64,000 nt of DNA from Anaeromyxobacter sp. (GCA_049840735.1 JASGJN010000002.1:193109-257108); one strand, 5' to 3'; shown: positions 42,391 to 52,400, counted from the first letter of the stretch. Notes: a model not told the origin generated them from the sequence alone. Numbers and translations are program-made.

Positions 42391-43336
42391 GCCAGGCGCT
42401 GGTGTCGCCGCCGCCGGTGGGCGGCGGCGGGGTGGTGGCGGCCGACGGGGTGGCGCTGACGGCGGCGGAGCGGACGCCCTCCCCCGCCGCGTTCACCGCG
42501 GCGACGGCGTACCAGTAGGTGGTCCCGCCGGTCACGGCCGCGTCGCCGTAGGTGGTGGTGGCCTGCGCGCTGGAGGTGAGCCTGGTGTACGTCCCGGCCT
42601 GGGAGGTCGAGCGGTAGACGTTGTAGCCGGTGGCGCCGGAGGTGGCCGCCCAGGAGAGGTCGACCCGCACCGTGCCGGGCGTGGCGACGAGCCCGGTGGG
42701 CGCCGCCGGGGCCGTCGGGGTGGCGGTCGCGCCGGTGAAGGTCATCGCGTCCACGTAGGTGCGCGAGAGCGACCTGCCCGCGGCCTCCTGGAGCTGCACG
42801 CCGTCGATGGTCTTGCCGGCCACGCCGAGCGCGGTGAGCGGGACCTTGCAGTGGGTCCAGGCGTTCGCGGGGATGGTGCGCCCGGTGCAGTAGGCCGCCA
42901 GCGACACCTTGGCCTGCTGCGTGCCGCCGATGGTCGCGCAGACCGTGAGCGCCTTGCCGGCGGTGGTGCCGCCGTTCACGTCGAGCTCGAGCGAGGTGAG
43001 GTTGGCGGTGGAGAGGCCGGCGCCGTGGAGGTAGAGGCCCGTCCACGCGCCGAAGTCGACCGAGATGGACCGGGTGCCGGAGGCGACCGGCGAGGCGTTG
43101 GCCAGGTTGCGGGTGGCCCACGACCAGTCGGACCAGCCCGTGGCCAGCGCGTCGTCGTACACGGGCGTGCCTGCGAGCAGCGCTGGGCCAGCCGCCGGCG
43201 CCTGGGGGGCGCCGTCCGTCGATGGATCGGCCGCCTGGGCGCCGGGATCCGATTCATCCGACATCGGACCACCGCATCCCACAGCGGAAATAGTCAAAGC
43301 TGCCGCCAGCGACAGCGCGAGGCGCCTCGCGATCAT
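40794..43336 (-). CDS. Lipoprotein, CBM-like plus FN3 plus beta-helix; paralog 3 (apparent frameshift ~40977)
   Basis: AGGAGG RBS, SAVGC lipobox, YDDALATGWSDWSW module, FN3 (LSW...GYNVYR...Y.YAVAAVN), shared beta-helix domain. Confidence 0.82.
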
Positions 43337-43626
43337 CACGACCTCCTGTTTGGGTTTGTCCCTTGAACACAGGATAGGCAATCAGCGATTTTACGCAACG
43401 TGAGGACAGGCGGCACACGCGACGCCCCTGGAGCACATCGCACCGTCCGTGAACGACGGTGCCCGCGCCGCCCCCGCGGTGGATTCCTCGCCCACGCGAG
43501 GGAGCCGGGCGGTCCCCCGGGCTGGACGCACCCCATAGCCTGTCCCGTGACCTCGGAATCGCGGCTAGCCTCCCGACCCACTACGATGATGGCCGTCCGC
43601 TCGATGGACCGGGGGAGCTCCGCTTG

Positions 43627-44436
43627 ATGACGCTGAACCTGTTCGTGCCCAGCCTCGCGCTCGCCGTCGTGGCCGTGGTCGCCGTCAGCGGGGACGCCGC
43701 CGCGGCCGACATCGACGACCGGCTGAAGCAGGACCTCCGCGCGGCCTCGCGCCTGCGCATCTTCTTCGGCCACCAGTCGGTCGGCGCCAACGTGCTGGAC
43801 GGCGTGTCCGACCTCTCGCGCCAGGCCGGCGTGCCGCTGACGGTCGCCCAGGTCGACTCGGCCGGCGGGATCGCCCAGGCCGGGCTGGCCCACGCGCTGG
43901 TGGGCGGGAACGGGGACCCGCGCTCCAAGCTGGCGGCCTTCGAGCGCGCCCTGGAGGGCGCGCAGGTGGACGTCGCGCTGGTCAAGTTCTGCTACATCGA
44001 CGTGGACGAGAAGACCGACGTGGCGGCGCTCTTCGCCGAGTACCAGGCCACGCTCGCGCGGCTCAGGGCGCGCCACCCCCGCACCCGCTTCGTGCACGTC
44101 ACGGTGCCGCTCAAGGCCGACCAGGGCTGGATGAAGACCTCGCTCAAGCAGCTGCTGGGCCGGGGCGCCGGCTCGGTCATCGAGAACGTCCAGCGCGAGC
44201 GCTACAACGCGCTGCTCCGGGACGCCTACCGGGAAGAGCCCATCTTCGACCTGGCGCGCTCGGAGTCCACGCGGCCCGACGGTTCGCGCGAGCTGCTCCA
44301 GCGGGACGGGAAGCCCGTCCCCATGCTCGTCCCGGCCTACACCGACGACAGCTCGCACCTCAACGTCGAGGGCCGGCAGCGCGCCGCCCGCGACCTCCTG
44401 ACCCTGCTCGGCGCCCTCTCTCCCGCAGCCCCTTGA
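43627..44436 (+). CDS. Secreted SGNH-like hydrolase/acyltransferase (putative)
   Basis: Signal peptide, IFFGHQSVG block and C-terminal DDSSHLN (DxxH). Confidence 0.55.
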   Translation: MTLNLFVPSLALAVVAVVAVSGDAAAADIDDRLKQDLRAASRLRIFFGHQSVGANVLDGVSDLSRQAGVPLTVAQVDSAGGIAQAGLAHALVGGNGDPRSKLAAFERALEGAQVDVALVKFCYIDVDEKTDVAALFAEYQATLARLRARHPRTRFVHVTVPLKADQGWMKTSLKQLLGRGAGSVIENVQRERYNALLRDAYREEPIFDLARSESTRPDGSRELLQRDGKPVPMLVPAYTDDSSHLNVEGRQRAARDLLTLLGALSPAAP

Positions 44437-44487
44437 TTGACGCGCCGGCCGGCACACCGCACCGCCCCAGACAGGACCCCACGAGCC

Positions 44488-45324
44488 ATGGCCGCTGACT
44501 TCTCGGTCGTCATCCCCACCTTCCGCCGCCCTGGGCCGCTGCGCGAGGCCATCGAGAGCGCGCTCGCGCAGGAGGGTGTCTCCGTCGAGGTGGTCGTCGC
44601 CGACGACAGCCCGGAGGGCTCCGCCCGCGAGGTGGTCGAGCGCATCGCCGATCCCCGCGTGGTCTACCAGAAGCGGGACGTGCCCACCGGCGGCTCCCCG
44701 GCCCGGGTGCGCAACGAGGCCTTCCCGCAGACCCGCGCCGCCCTCCTCCACTTCCTCGACGACGACGACCGGGTCCTGCCCGGCACCTACCGCGCCGTGG
44801 CCGAGGCCTTCGCGGCGCGCCCGGGCGTGGGCATGGTGTTCGGGGTGATCGAGCCGTTCGGCGACGACCCCCGGATCCTGGCCCATGAGCAGGCGCTCTT
44901 CAGGCGGAGCGCCCGGCGCGCCCGCATCTACCAGCGGCTCCGCTCCCGCCACCTCTTCGTGGCCAACCAGCTCTACAGCCACCCGCCGCTCCACGTGAAC
45001 TCGGCCTGCTTCATCCGCCGCGGCCTGTTCGAGAAGCTGGGCGGCTACGATCCGCGGATCCGGATGATCGAGGACCTGGAGCTGTACCTGCGCGCCATCC
45101 GCGAGGGCGGCTGCTGGTTCCTGGACCGGCCGGTGATCGCCTACCGCACCGGCGCCCCCTCGATCATGAACGTCGTGCGCGAGAGCGAGGAGCGCAGGCG
45201 CGAGCTGGCCCAGGTGCTGGTCGCCAGCAGCAACCTCTCCTACGCCAAGTACCGCGAGGCCCACGGCCCCGCCGAGCTGCTGACGCTCAAGGTGGTGGCC
45301 AAGCTCCTCCTGAGGTGGCTGTGA
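44488..45324 (+). CDS. Glycosyltransferase family 2
   Basis: SVVIPT.RRP, VVADD, RN, FLDDDD, EDLEL. Confidence 0.92.
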   Translation: MAADFSVVIPTFRRPGPLREAIESALAQEGVSVEVVVADDSPEGSAREVVERIADPRVVYQKRDVPTGGSPARVRNEAFPQTRAALLHFLDDDDRVLPGTYRAVAEAFAARPGVGMVFGVIEPFGDDPRILAHEQALFRRSARRARIYQRLRSRHLFVANQLYSHPPLHVNSACFIRRGLFEKLGGYDPRIRMIEDLELYLRAIREGGCWFLDRPVIAYRTGAPSIMNVVRESEERRRELAQVLVASSNLSYAKYREAHGPAELLTLKVVAKLLLRWL

Positions 45325-46484
45325 ACAGGCTGACCGTCGAGCACCTGACGGACGCGGCCCAGCTGCCGGCGCTGGAGCCGGAGTGGGCCGCGCTGGCGGC
45401 CGCCCACGGCGAGGGGCTGCCCTTCCGCACCTTCGAGTGGGCGGAGACCTGGTGCCGCTGGTTCCCGGAGCGGCGCTTCGCCATCCGCGACAGCCTGTGC
45501 TTCCGGCTCTTCCGCGACCCCGGCGGCCGGCTGGTCGGCGTCGCTCCGCTGATCCTGGTCCGCCGCCCGGGCTGCGGCCCGGCGCTGGTGCGCGGGCTGG
45601 AGTTCCTGGGCGCGGATCCCTACGTCACGGAGATCCGCGGCGTCCTGGCCGATCCCGCTTGGGAGGCGGAGGTCTACCGGGCGCTCCTCGCCGACCTGGA
45701 GGCGCACGCCGGCGAGTGGGACTGGATCCGCTGGCGCGGCGTGCCGGCGGGCTCCGCCGCGGCGGCCGCCCTGGGATCGGCCGGCGCGCCGCTGGTGGTG
45801 CCAACCCCCAGCTACGTCGTGCCGCTCGCCGGCGACTGGGAGACCTTCAAGTCCAGCCGGCCGCGCAACCTGAAGGAGTCGCTGCGCAAGTGCTACAACT
45901 CGCTGAAGCGCGACGGCCACGCGTTCGAGCTCGGGGTGGCCCGCACCGAGCACGAGGTCCGCACCGCGCTGGAGCGCTTCCTCGAGCTGCACCGGCTGCG
46001 CGCCGAGGCCGAGGTGAGCACGAGGCACCCCAACGTCTTCGCCGATCCGGCCTGCCGCGCCTTCCTCTTCGACGTCTGCCAGCGGCTGGCCGCCCGGGAC
46101 GCCGTCCGCATCTTCCAGCTCCGCATCCGGGGCGAGGTGGTGGCCACGCGCATCGCGTTCGCGCTGGGTGACACGCTCTACGTCTACTTCTCCGGCTACG
46201 ACCCGGCCTGGCAGAAGTACAGCGTGATGACCACCACCGTCGCCGAGGCGGTGAAGTACGCCTTCGCCAGCGGCTTCAAGCGGCTCCACCTGTCCACCGG
46301 GACCGACGAGTCCAAGCTCCGCTGGCGTCCGGACTGCACCACCTACCTGTCCGGCGAGCAGCCGGGCACCGGCCGGCGCGCGGCCGGCCTGCGCTGGCTG
46401 ACCGGCACCGCCTGCGCGCCCGGCATCGACCCGGTGCGCCGGGCCATGCGGGCGGTGCTGGGGCGGAAGCGGGCGGCGGGGTAG
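45315..46484 (+). CDS. GNAT CelD/BcsL-family acyltransferase (ExoG/ExoI-like)
   Basis: W..L...PF.T.EW, LVGVAPL, Y.YFSGYDP.W.KYS, GTDESKLRW. Confidence 0.85.
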   Translation: MAVNRLTVEHLTDAAQLPALEPEWAALAAAHGEGLPFRTFEWAETWCRWFPERRFAIRDSLCFRLFRDPGGRLVGVAPLILVRRPGCGPALVRGLEFLGADPYVTEIRGVLADPAWEAEVYRALLADLEAHAGEWDWIRWRGVPAGSAAAAALGSAGAPLVVPTPSYVVPLAGDWETFKSSRPRNLKESLRKCYNSLKRDGHAFELGVARTEHEVRTALERFLELHRLRAEAEVSTRHPNVFADPACRAFLFDVCQRLAARDAVRIFQLRIRGEVVATRIAFALGDTLYVYFSGYDPAWQKYSVMTTTVAEAVKYAFASGFKRLHLSTGTDESKLRWRPDCTTYLSGEQPGTGRRAAGLRWLTGTACAPGIDPVRRAMRAVLGRKRAAG

Positions 46485-46498
46485 CGGCGCCCGGGGGC

Positions 46499-47404
46499 TC
46501 AGCGATCCGGCGCCAGCAGCGCCCGCGTGAAGAACGCCACCACGCGCGCGTCGAGCGCGGCGGCGCTGGCGGCGTCCCAGCCGCCGTGCCCCACGCCGGG
46601 CATCACGTAGAGCTCGCCGCCGCCGCGCAGGCGCCCCAGCAGGTCCTGGCCGAAGGCCGGCGGCGCCACCTCGTCGTGGGCGCCATAGACCAGCAGCACC
46701 GGGCGTTCCGCCAGCCGGTCCAGCCGGTCCACCGGACGCACCGCCGAGACGTCCACCCCCAGCGCCTCGGTGGTCCAGAGGGCCGGGAGCTGGGTCAGCA
46801 GCCCGCGGTGGGCGTAGCTGGCCCGGATGTCGGCCTCGGCGCTGGGGGCCATCGACACCAGCGCCACGGCCGCGATGCGGGGGTCGTCGATGGCCTCGTC
46901 CGCCACCGCCAGCGCGCCGATGGAGAAGCCCAGGGCGCCCAGGCGGCCGGGCCGCACGCCCGGCTGCGCCGCGGCGAACGCCACCGCAGCCGCCACGTCC
47001 AGCCGCTCGCGGTCCCCCCTGGTGGACTCGTTGCCGCCGCTGCGCCCGTGCGCGCGCAGGTCCAGCAGCAGCACGCCGAAGCCCGCCCCTTCCAGCGCCT
47101 CCGCCTGGCCGCGCAGCTGGTCGCGGTTGGCGTGGAGGCCGTGCGCCAGCACCACCGCCGCGCCGTTGCGGGCCGGCCGCCAGGCGGCCGAGAGCTGCAC
47201 GCCGTCGGCCGACCGCAGCGAGACCTCCAGCTCATCGTGCCCCGTCACCTTCACCAGCTCGCGGCTGGGGAACGCGTCGCGCCAGGCCGCGAAGCTGGTC
47301 CGCACGGCCACCCACCCGGCGCCGGCCACCACCGCCAGCACCAGCCCCGCCAGGGCCAGGCCGGTGCGGCGGCCCCACCGCGCGCCAGGTCTCGTGCTCC
47401 GCAT
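46499..47404 (-). CDS. Membrane-anchored alpha/beta hydrolase
   Basis: N-terminal TM, HG, DLRAHGRS, GFSIG nucleophile elbow, D and H triad residues. Confidence 0.88.
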   Translation of the reverse strand: MRSTRPGARWGRRTGLALAGLVLAVVAGAGWVAVRTSFAAWRDAFPSRELVKVTGHDELEVSLRSADGVQLSAAWRPARNGAAVVLAHGLHANRDQLRGQAEALEGAGFGVLLLDLRAHGRSGGNESTRGDRERLDVAAAVAFAAAQPGVRPGRLGALGFSIGALAVADEAIDDPRIAAVALVSMAPSAEADIRASYAHRGLLTQLPALWTTEALGVDVSAVRPVDRLDRLAERPVLLVYGAHDEVAPPAFGQDLLGRLRGGGELYVMPGVGHGGWDAASAAALDARVVAFFTRALLAPDR

Positions 47405-47505
47405 CCCTCACTTATAGCGCACCGCGCGACGGCGTCCCGCGACCGCGTGTCTCGCCTGCAGGGCCTGGCGGGACTCCTCGCCCGACGCGGTAGACTGGCC
47501 GCCTC

Positions 47506-49086
47506 ATGTCCTCCTCCCCGTACCTGCACGGCTGGGTGGCTGACCACGCCCAGCACCGCCCCGAGGCGCCCGCCGTCTCCACCCCCACCCTGCGGCTCGG
47601 CTACGGGCAGCTGGCCGAGCGGATCGAGGCGCTGGCCGCACACCTGGAGGCCGAGGGCGTCCGGGCAGGCGCGCGGGTCCTGGTGGCCGTGCCCAACTCG
47701 CCGGCCACCGTGGTGGCCAGCGCCGCCGTCCAGGCGGCGGGGGCCACGCCGGTGGAGGTGAACCGCGAGTGGGCGCCGGACGTGCTGGCCGGCATCGCCG
47801 CGCAGACCGGCGTGCGCCACGCCGTGATCTGGGGCCGGGACGCCCGCGCCTGGGGCAAGTTCGCCGCGCTGCACCGGCTGGCGCACAGCTGGGTGATCCA
47901 CGGCGGCGCGCTGCCGCCGGCCATGGTCGCCGACCTGGGCGGCGGCCCCGCCACCTGGCTGCGCGAGGACGGCACCCTGGACCCGGCGCTGGGGACACCG
48001 CCGCCGGGCGTCCAGCGGGACGTCTCGCCGGAGGTGGCCCTCATCCTCTACACCTCCGGCTCCACCGGCCGTCCCCGCGGCGTGATCCAGACCCACCGAA
48101 ACGTGGCGGCCAACAGCCGGTCCATCGTCCAGTACCTGTCGCTCACCGCCGAGGACCGCGCCCTGCTGGTCCTGCCGCTCTACTACTGCTATGGCCGCAG
48201 CGTGCTGCAGACCCACCTGCTGGCCGGCGGCTCGGTCCACCTCGACGGCCGCTTCGCCTTCCCCCGCACCGTGCTGGAGGCCATCGGCACCGAGGGCTGC
48301 ACCGGCTTCGCCGGCGTGCCGCTCACCTTCGAGATCATCCGCCGGCAGGTGGACGTCTCCACCCTGGCGCTGCCGCGGCTCCGGTACCTGACGCAGGCCG
48401 GCGGGGCCATGGCGCCGGAGACGATCGACTGGGTCCGACAGGCCTTCGCCCCGGCGCGCCTGTTCGTGATGTACGGCCAGACCGAGGCCACGGCGCGGCT
48501 CAGCTACCTGCCGCCGGAGCGGGCCGAGGAGAAGCGCGGCGCCATCGGTGTCCCCATCCCCGGCGTCGAGCTGGCGGTGGTGGACGAGCAGGCCCGGCCG
48601 CTGCCGGTGGGTGAGGTGGGGCAGCTGGTCGCCCGGGGCGAGAACGTGACCCCCGGCTACCTGGACGAGCCGGAGGAGACGGCCGCCATCCTGCACGACG
48701 GGTGGCTCTGGACCGGCGACCTGGCCGTGAAGGACGCCGACGGCTTCTTCTTCCACCGCGGGCGCGCCAAGGAGATCCTCAAGATCGGCGGCCACCGCGT
48801 CAGCCCGATCGAGATCGAGCAGGTGGTGGCCGAGCACCCGGACGTGCTGCAGGCCGCGGTGGTGGGGCTGCCGGATCAGCTGATGGGCGAGGTCCCGGCG
48901 GCCTTCCTGGTGTTGCGGCCGGAGCGGACGCTGGACGAGGCGTCGCTGCGCACGTTCTGCCGCGAGCGGATGGCGGCCTACCGCGTGCCGGTGCGGTTCG
49001 AGGCGGTGGAGGCCCTGCCGCGCAACGAGGCCGGCAAGCTCCTCCGGGCCGAGCTGGCGAAGCGGGTGACGGGCGGGGCGCCCTGA
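47506..49086 (+). CDS. AMP-forming acyl/aminoacyl ligase (ANL superfamily)
   Basis: YTSGSTGRPRG, MYGQTEA, TGDL, GHRVSP.EIE, LPRNEAGK. Confidence 0.93.
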   Translation: MSSSPYLHGWVADHAQHRPEAPAVSTPTLRLGYGQLAERIEALAAHLEAEGVRAGARVLVAVPNSPATVVASAAVQAAGATPVEVNREWAPDVLAGIAAQTGVRHAVIWGRDARAWGKFAALHRLAHSWVIHGGALPPAMVADLGGGPATWLREDGTLDPALGTPPPGVQRDVSPEVALILYTSGSTGRPRGVIQTHRNVAANSRSIVQYLSLTAEDRALLVLPLYYCYGRSVLQTHLLAGGSVHLDGRFAFPRTVLEAIGTEGCTGFAGVPLTFEIIRRQVDVSTLALPRLRYLTQAGGAMAPETIDWVRQAFAPARLFVMYGQTEATARLSYLPPERAEEKRGAIGVPIPGVELAVVDEQARPLPVGEVGQLVARGENVTPGYLDEPEETAAILHDGWLWTGDLAVKDADGFFFHRGRAKEILKIGGHRVSPIEIEQVVAEHPDVLQAAVVGLPDQLMGEVPAAFLVLRPERTLDEASLRTFCRERMAAYRVPVRFEAVEALPRNEAGKLLRAELAKRVTGGAP

Positions 49087-49147
49087 AGGCGCGACCGCCC
49101 CGGGAGCCTGGGCCCCCGGGGCGCGTGGCGCGGCGCGGCTGCGCGGA

Positions 49148-49399
49148 TTAGGCCGCCGCGGCCTGCTTGCGCGACACGAAGGCCGCGATCCGGCCGATGG
49201 TCTCGAGGTTCTCGGGCACCGTCTCCTGGTCGGCGACGCGGATGCCGTAGGTGGCCTCGAGGTGGGCGATCACCTCGAGCATGCCGGTGGAGTCCACGTA
49301 GCCCCCGGTGATGAGCGAGGTGTCGTCGGCCAGCTCGGCCGGGTTGCTCACGTAGAAGTTGTCGACGATGAACTGCTTGATGTCCTGCTGCAGGCTCAT
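49148..49399 (-). CDS. Acyl carrier protein
   Basis: 83 aa acidic protein; GYVDSTG phosphopantetheine Ser; PENLETI. Confidence 0.9.
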   Translation of the reverse strand: MSLQQDIKQFIVDNFYVSNPAELADDTSLITGGYVDSTGMLEVIAHLEATYGIRVADQETVPENLETIGRIAAFVSRKQAAAA

Positions 49400-49418
49400 G
49401 TGGCTCTTCCCCTTGCGG

Positions 49419-51434
49419 TCAGCGGTGGTCTTCATGCGCTGACGCCGCGCCTGGCGCCAGCCGATCGATGGTGGTCCGGTAAGGTCCGTCGGTGAGGTGG
49501 GACGGGGTCGCCTGGACGAGCTGCCGGTGCAGCAGCTGGGTGGAGAGCACGCCCACCAGCGCCATGTTGTCGGCGTTGGAGAAGGGCTCCGTCTCCGGCA
49601 CCGCCTGGCACTTCTTCCACAGCCGCTCGACCAGCGCCGGCTCGAAGACGCCGGCGTCGGCCACCGCGGCCGGGGAGAGCGCGTCCGCCACCCACTCCGG
49701 CGCCCCCTGCCCCACGAAGCAGCGGGCGTCCGGGGCGCGGTAGGGCTGCTTCTTGCGATCGAGGACCTCGTCCGGGACGAGGCCGCGGGCGGCGCGCTTC
49801 AGGACGTGCTTCTCGTCCAGCCCGTGGAGCTTGAAGGACTCCGGGAGCGCGTTCGCGAAGGTGACCACGTTGGCGTCGAGGAACGGGAAGCGCCCCTCCA
49901 CCGAGTGGCCCATCAGCACGCGATCCCCCTGCGAGGAGAGCAGGTACCCGGAGAGCAGCGTGCGGATCTCGAGGTACTGGTCCTGGCCCAGGAAGCTCCA
50001 CTCGCCGAAGGAGGCCGGGAGCGTGGCCAGCAGCCGGGCCTGCACGTCCGCCTGGCGGCCCGCCTCGCGCACCGGCCCCGCGAAGAGCCGCTGCAGCGCC
50101 GCGGTGCCGCTCCAGCGGGTCAGGTGGCCGAAGCCCGGGCGCGCCCAGCCCTCGCGGCCGCGCCCGAAGAACTCGCGGGCCATGGCCTGCTGGGCCACCG
50201 GCGAGCGGGCCAGGTACGGGTAGAGCCGATCCAGCAGCCGCGGGCGGAGCTTGGAGGCCGGCTGGCGCCCCCAGAAGCGGCGCACCTTGGCCTCGCGGAA
50301 CAGGTCGTAGCCGCCCAGCATCTCGTCGGCGCCCTCGCCGGTCAGCACCACCTTGATGCCGGACTCGCGCACCAGGCGGGAGAGCAGGAACATGGGCGAC
50401 GGCGCGGAGCGGAGCAGCGGCCGCTCGGCGTGGTGGACCACCGCCGGGAAGGCGTCGGCGATGTCGCCGCGGGTGACCACCAGCTCGTGGTGGTCGCTGC
50501 CGATCCGGGCCGCCACCAGCCGCTGGTAGGCGGTCTCGTCGTACTCGGCGTCCTCGAACCGGAGCGAGAAGGTGGAGAACTGCTCCCCCTTCACCTTGCG
50601 CCCCAGCGCGGCGATGACCGAGCTGTCCAGGCCGCCGGAGAGGTAGCAGCCCACCGGCACGTCGGCCCGCAGCATGCGCAGCCGGACCGCGTCCTCCAGC
50701 TGCTGCCGGAGCCCCTCCACCGCGTCGGCCAGCGAGCCGCGGAAGGTGGGCGCGAAGCTGGGGGTCCAGAAGGCGCGGTCGGTGGTGCCGGCGCGGGTCA
50801 CGACGCGGACGTGGCCCGGCTGGAGCTCGGTGATCCCGGCGAAGACCGACTGCGGCGCCACCGAGGCCCAGAAGGTGAACGTCTCGGCCAGCCCCACCGG
50901 GTCGAGCGCCCGCGGGATGGAGCGGTCGCCGGCGAAGATGGCCTTCACCTCGCTGGCGAACCAGAGCCGCCCGCCGTGCTCGCACAGGAAGACGGGGCGG
51001 ACGCCCAGCCGGTCGCGCGCCAGCACCAGCGTCTCGGCCCGCGTGTCCCAGACGGCGATGGCGAACTGGCCGTTGAAGCGCTGGAACGCGTCCTCGCCCC
51101 ACGCCTCCCAGGCGTGGACGATGACCTCGGTGTCGCTGCGGGTACGGAACACGTGGCCCAGCGCGAGCAGCTCCTCGCGCAGCTCCACGTAGTTGAAGAT
51201 CTCGCCGTTGAAGACGGTCCAGACGGTCCCGTCCTCGTTGCAGAGCGGCTGCTGCCCGCTCTTCAGGTCGATGATGGAGAGGCGCGCGTGGCCCAGCGCC
51301 ACGCGCGCGTCGCGGTAGACGCCGAACTCGTCGGGCCCGCGGTGCTGCATGGCACCGACCATGGCCTTGAGGTCGTCCATGGCCACGGGCGGGAGCCCGT
51401 CACGGACGCTCAGCGATCCGGCGATCCCGCACAT
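49419..51434 (-). CDS. asnB: Asparagine synthase-like glutamine amidotransferase, paralog 2
   Basis: MCGIAG, HRGPD, HARLSIID, LSGGLDSS, LTGEGADE..GGY, EGRFPFLD, KQPYRAP. Confidence 0.93.
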   Translation of the reverse strand: MCGIAGSLSVRDGLPPVAMDDLKAMVGAMQHRGPDEFGVYRDARVALGHARLSIIDLKSGQQPLCNEDGTVWTVFNGEIFNYVELREELLALGHVFRTRSDTEVIVHAWEAWGEDAFQRFNGQFAIAVWDTRAETLVLARDRLGVRPVFLCEHGGRLWFASEVKAIFAGDRSIPRALDPVGLAETFTFWASVAPQSVFAGITELQPGHVRVVTRAGTTDRAFWTPSFAPTFRGSLADAVEGLRQQLEDAVRLRMLRADVPVGCYLSGGLDSSVIAALGRKVKGEQFSTFSLRFEDAEYDETAYQRLVAARIGSDHHELVVTRGDIADAFPAVVHHAERPLLRSAPSPMFLLSRLVRESGIKVVLTGEGADEMLGGYDLFREAKVRRFWGRQPASKLRPRLLDRLYPYLARSPVAQQAMAREFFGRGREGWARPGFGHLTRWSGTAALQRLFAGPVREAGRQADVQARLLATLPASFGEWSFLGQDQYLEIRTLLSGYLLSSQGDRVLMGHSVEGRFPFLDANVVTFANALPESFKLHGLDEKHVLKRAARGLVPDEVLDRKKQPYRAPDARCFVGQGAPEWVADALSPAAVADAGVFEPALVERLWKKCQAVPETEPFSNADNMALVGVLSTQLLHRQLVQATPSHLTDGPYRTTIDRLAPGAASAHEDHR

Positions 51435-51437
51435 CGG

Positions 51438-52400
51438 TCAGTCCTCGATGAGCAGCGGGGCGGCGTGGAGGTACTTCGCCACACGGCGCTTGGCCTCGAT
51501 GTCGCGGTAGACGCGCTCCACCTGGTCGGCCTTGAGGCCCAGCACGCCGGCCACCTCGGCGGGCGGGGTCTGGTGCTGGTAGGCCCACAGGCAGAGGTCC
51601 ATCTCCTTGTACGGCAGCGCGAAGTAGAACTCCTCCTGCGACTGGGACATGGAGAAGGTGTCGGTGGTGGGCTGGCGGCTGCAGATGGGCTCGGGCAGCT
51701 TCAGGTGGCGCGCCATGGCGTACACCTGGGTCTTGTAGAGGTGCGCGATGGGCTTGAAGTCGGCCAGCCCGTCGCCGCCCTTCACGAAGAAGCCCTGGTC
51801 GTACTCGAGCAGGTTGGGCGTCCCGGCCACGGCGTAGTTGAGCCGATCGGCGTGGTAGTACTCCATGGTGGTGCGGATGCGCTGCTTGAAGTTGGTGGCC
51901 GCGACCATCTGGAGATACGCCGCCGCGGGCAGCCGCACGTTGCGGACCTCGCCGGACGGGGTCTGCACGGTGAGCACGGTGATGTTGAGCCGGTCGCCCT
52001 CCAGCAGCGAGGGGATGGTGAGCTTGCACTTCCAGCCCTCGCCGTACTCCGGCACGGCCATCCGGATGGCCTCGAGCTGCCGCTCGTAGCAGCCCAGGCC
52101 GGCCAGCGCCGGGGCGATGTCCTCGACCGCGGACCGGATGCCGAGGTGGTCGGCCAAGAGCTTGCCCAGCTTGAGCGACTCGCCCGACGAGTCCCGCTCC
52201 GGCAGGAAGATGCCGAAGACGCGCTCCTTGCCGAGGGCGCGGACGCAGAGCGCCGAGACCACGGAGCTGTCGATGCCGCCCGACATGCCCACCACGGCCC
52301 CGCGCTTCTTCGAGGTGCCCATCACCTGCTCGCGGATCTGGCCGGCGATCCGGTCGGCCTCGCGCTCCAGGTCCATCGCCATCACGTCTCTCGAGAACAT
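51438..52400 (-). CDS. NadE-like ATP-dependent synthetase (single domain)
   Basis: SGGIDSS PP-loop, NFKQRIR, GT.N..E...GFF.K.GDG..D..PI..LYKTQV. Confidence 0.88.
   Translation of the reverse strand: MFSRDVMAMDLEREADRIAGQIREQVMGTSKKRGAVVGMSGGIDSSVVSALCVRALGKERVFGIFLPERDSSGESLKLGKLLADHLGIRSAVEDIAPALAGLGCYERQLEAIRMAVPEYGEGWKCKLTIPSLLEGDRLNITVLTVQTPSGEVRNVRLPAAAYLQMVAATNFKQRIRTTMEYYHADRLNYAVAGTPNLLEYDQGFFVKGGDGLADFKPIAHLYKTQVYAMARHLKLPEPICSRQPTTDTFSMSQSQEEFYFALPYKEMDLCLWAYQHQTPPAEVAGVLGLKADQVERVYRDIEAKRRVAKYLHAAPLLIED

Noticed and set aside
25959..43336. Diversity-generating retroelement or shufflon explanation for the repeats
   Set aside because: No reverse transcriptase or site-specific recombinase in the window; differences are not adenine-specific and all copies are full genes.
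46499..52400. Lasso peptide or NRPS cluster (AsnB-like cyclase, adenylation domain, carrier)
   Set aside because: Both AsnB proteins retain the N-terminal Cys glutaminase domain; no precursor, B protein or condensation domain is seen; the context is polysaccharide.
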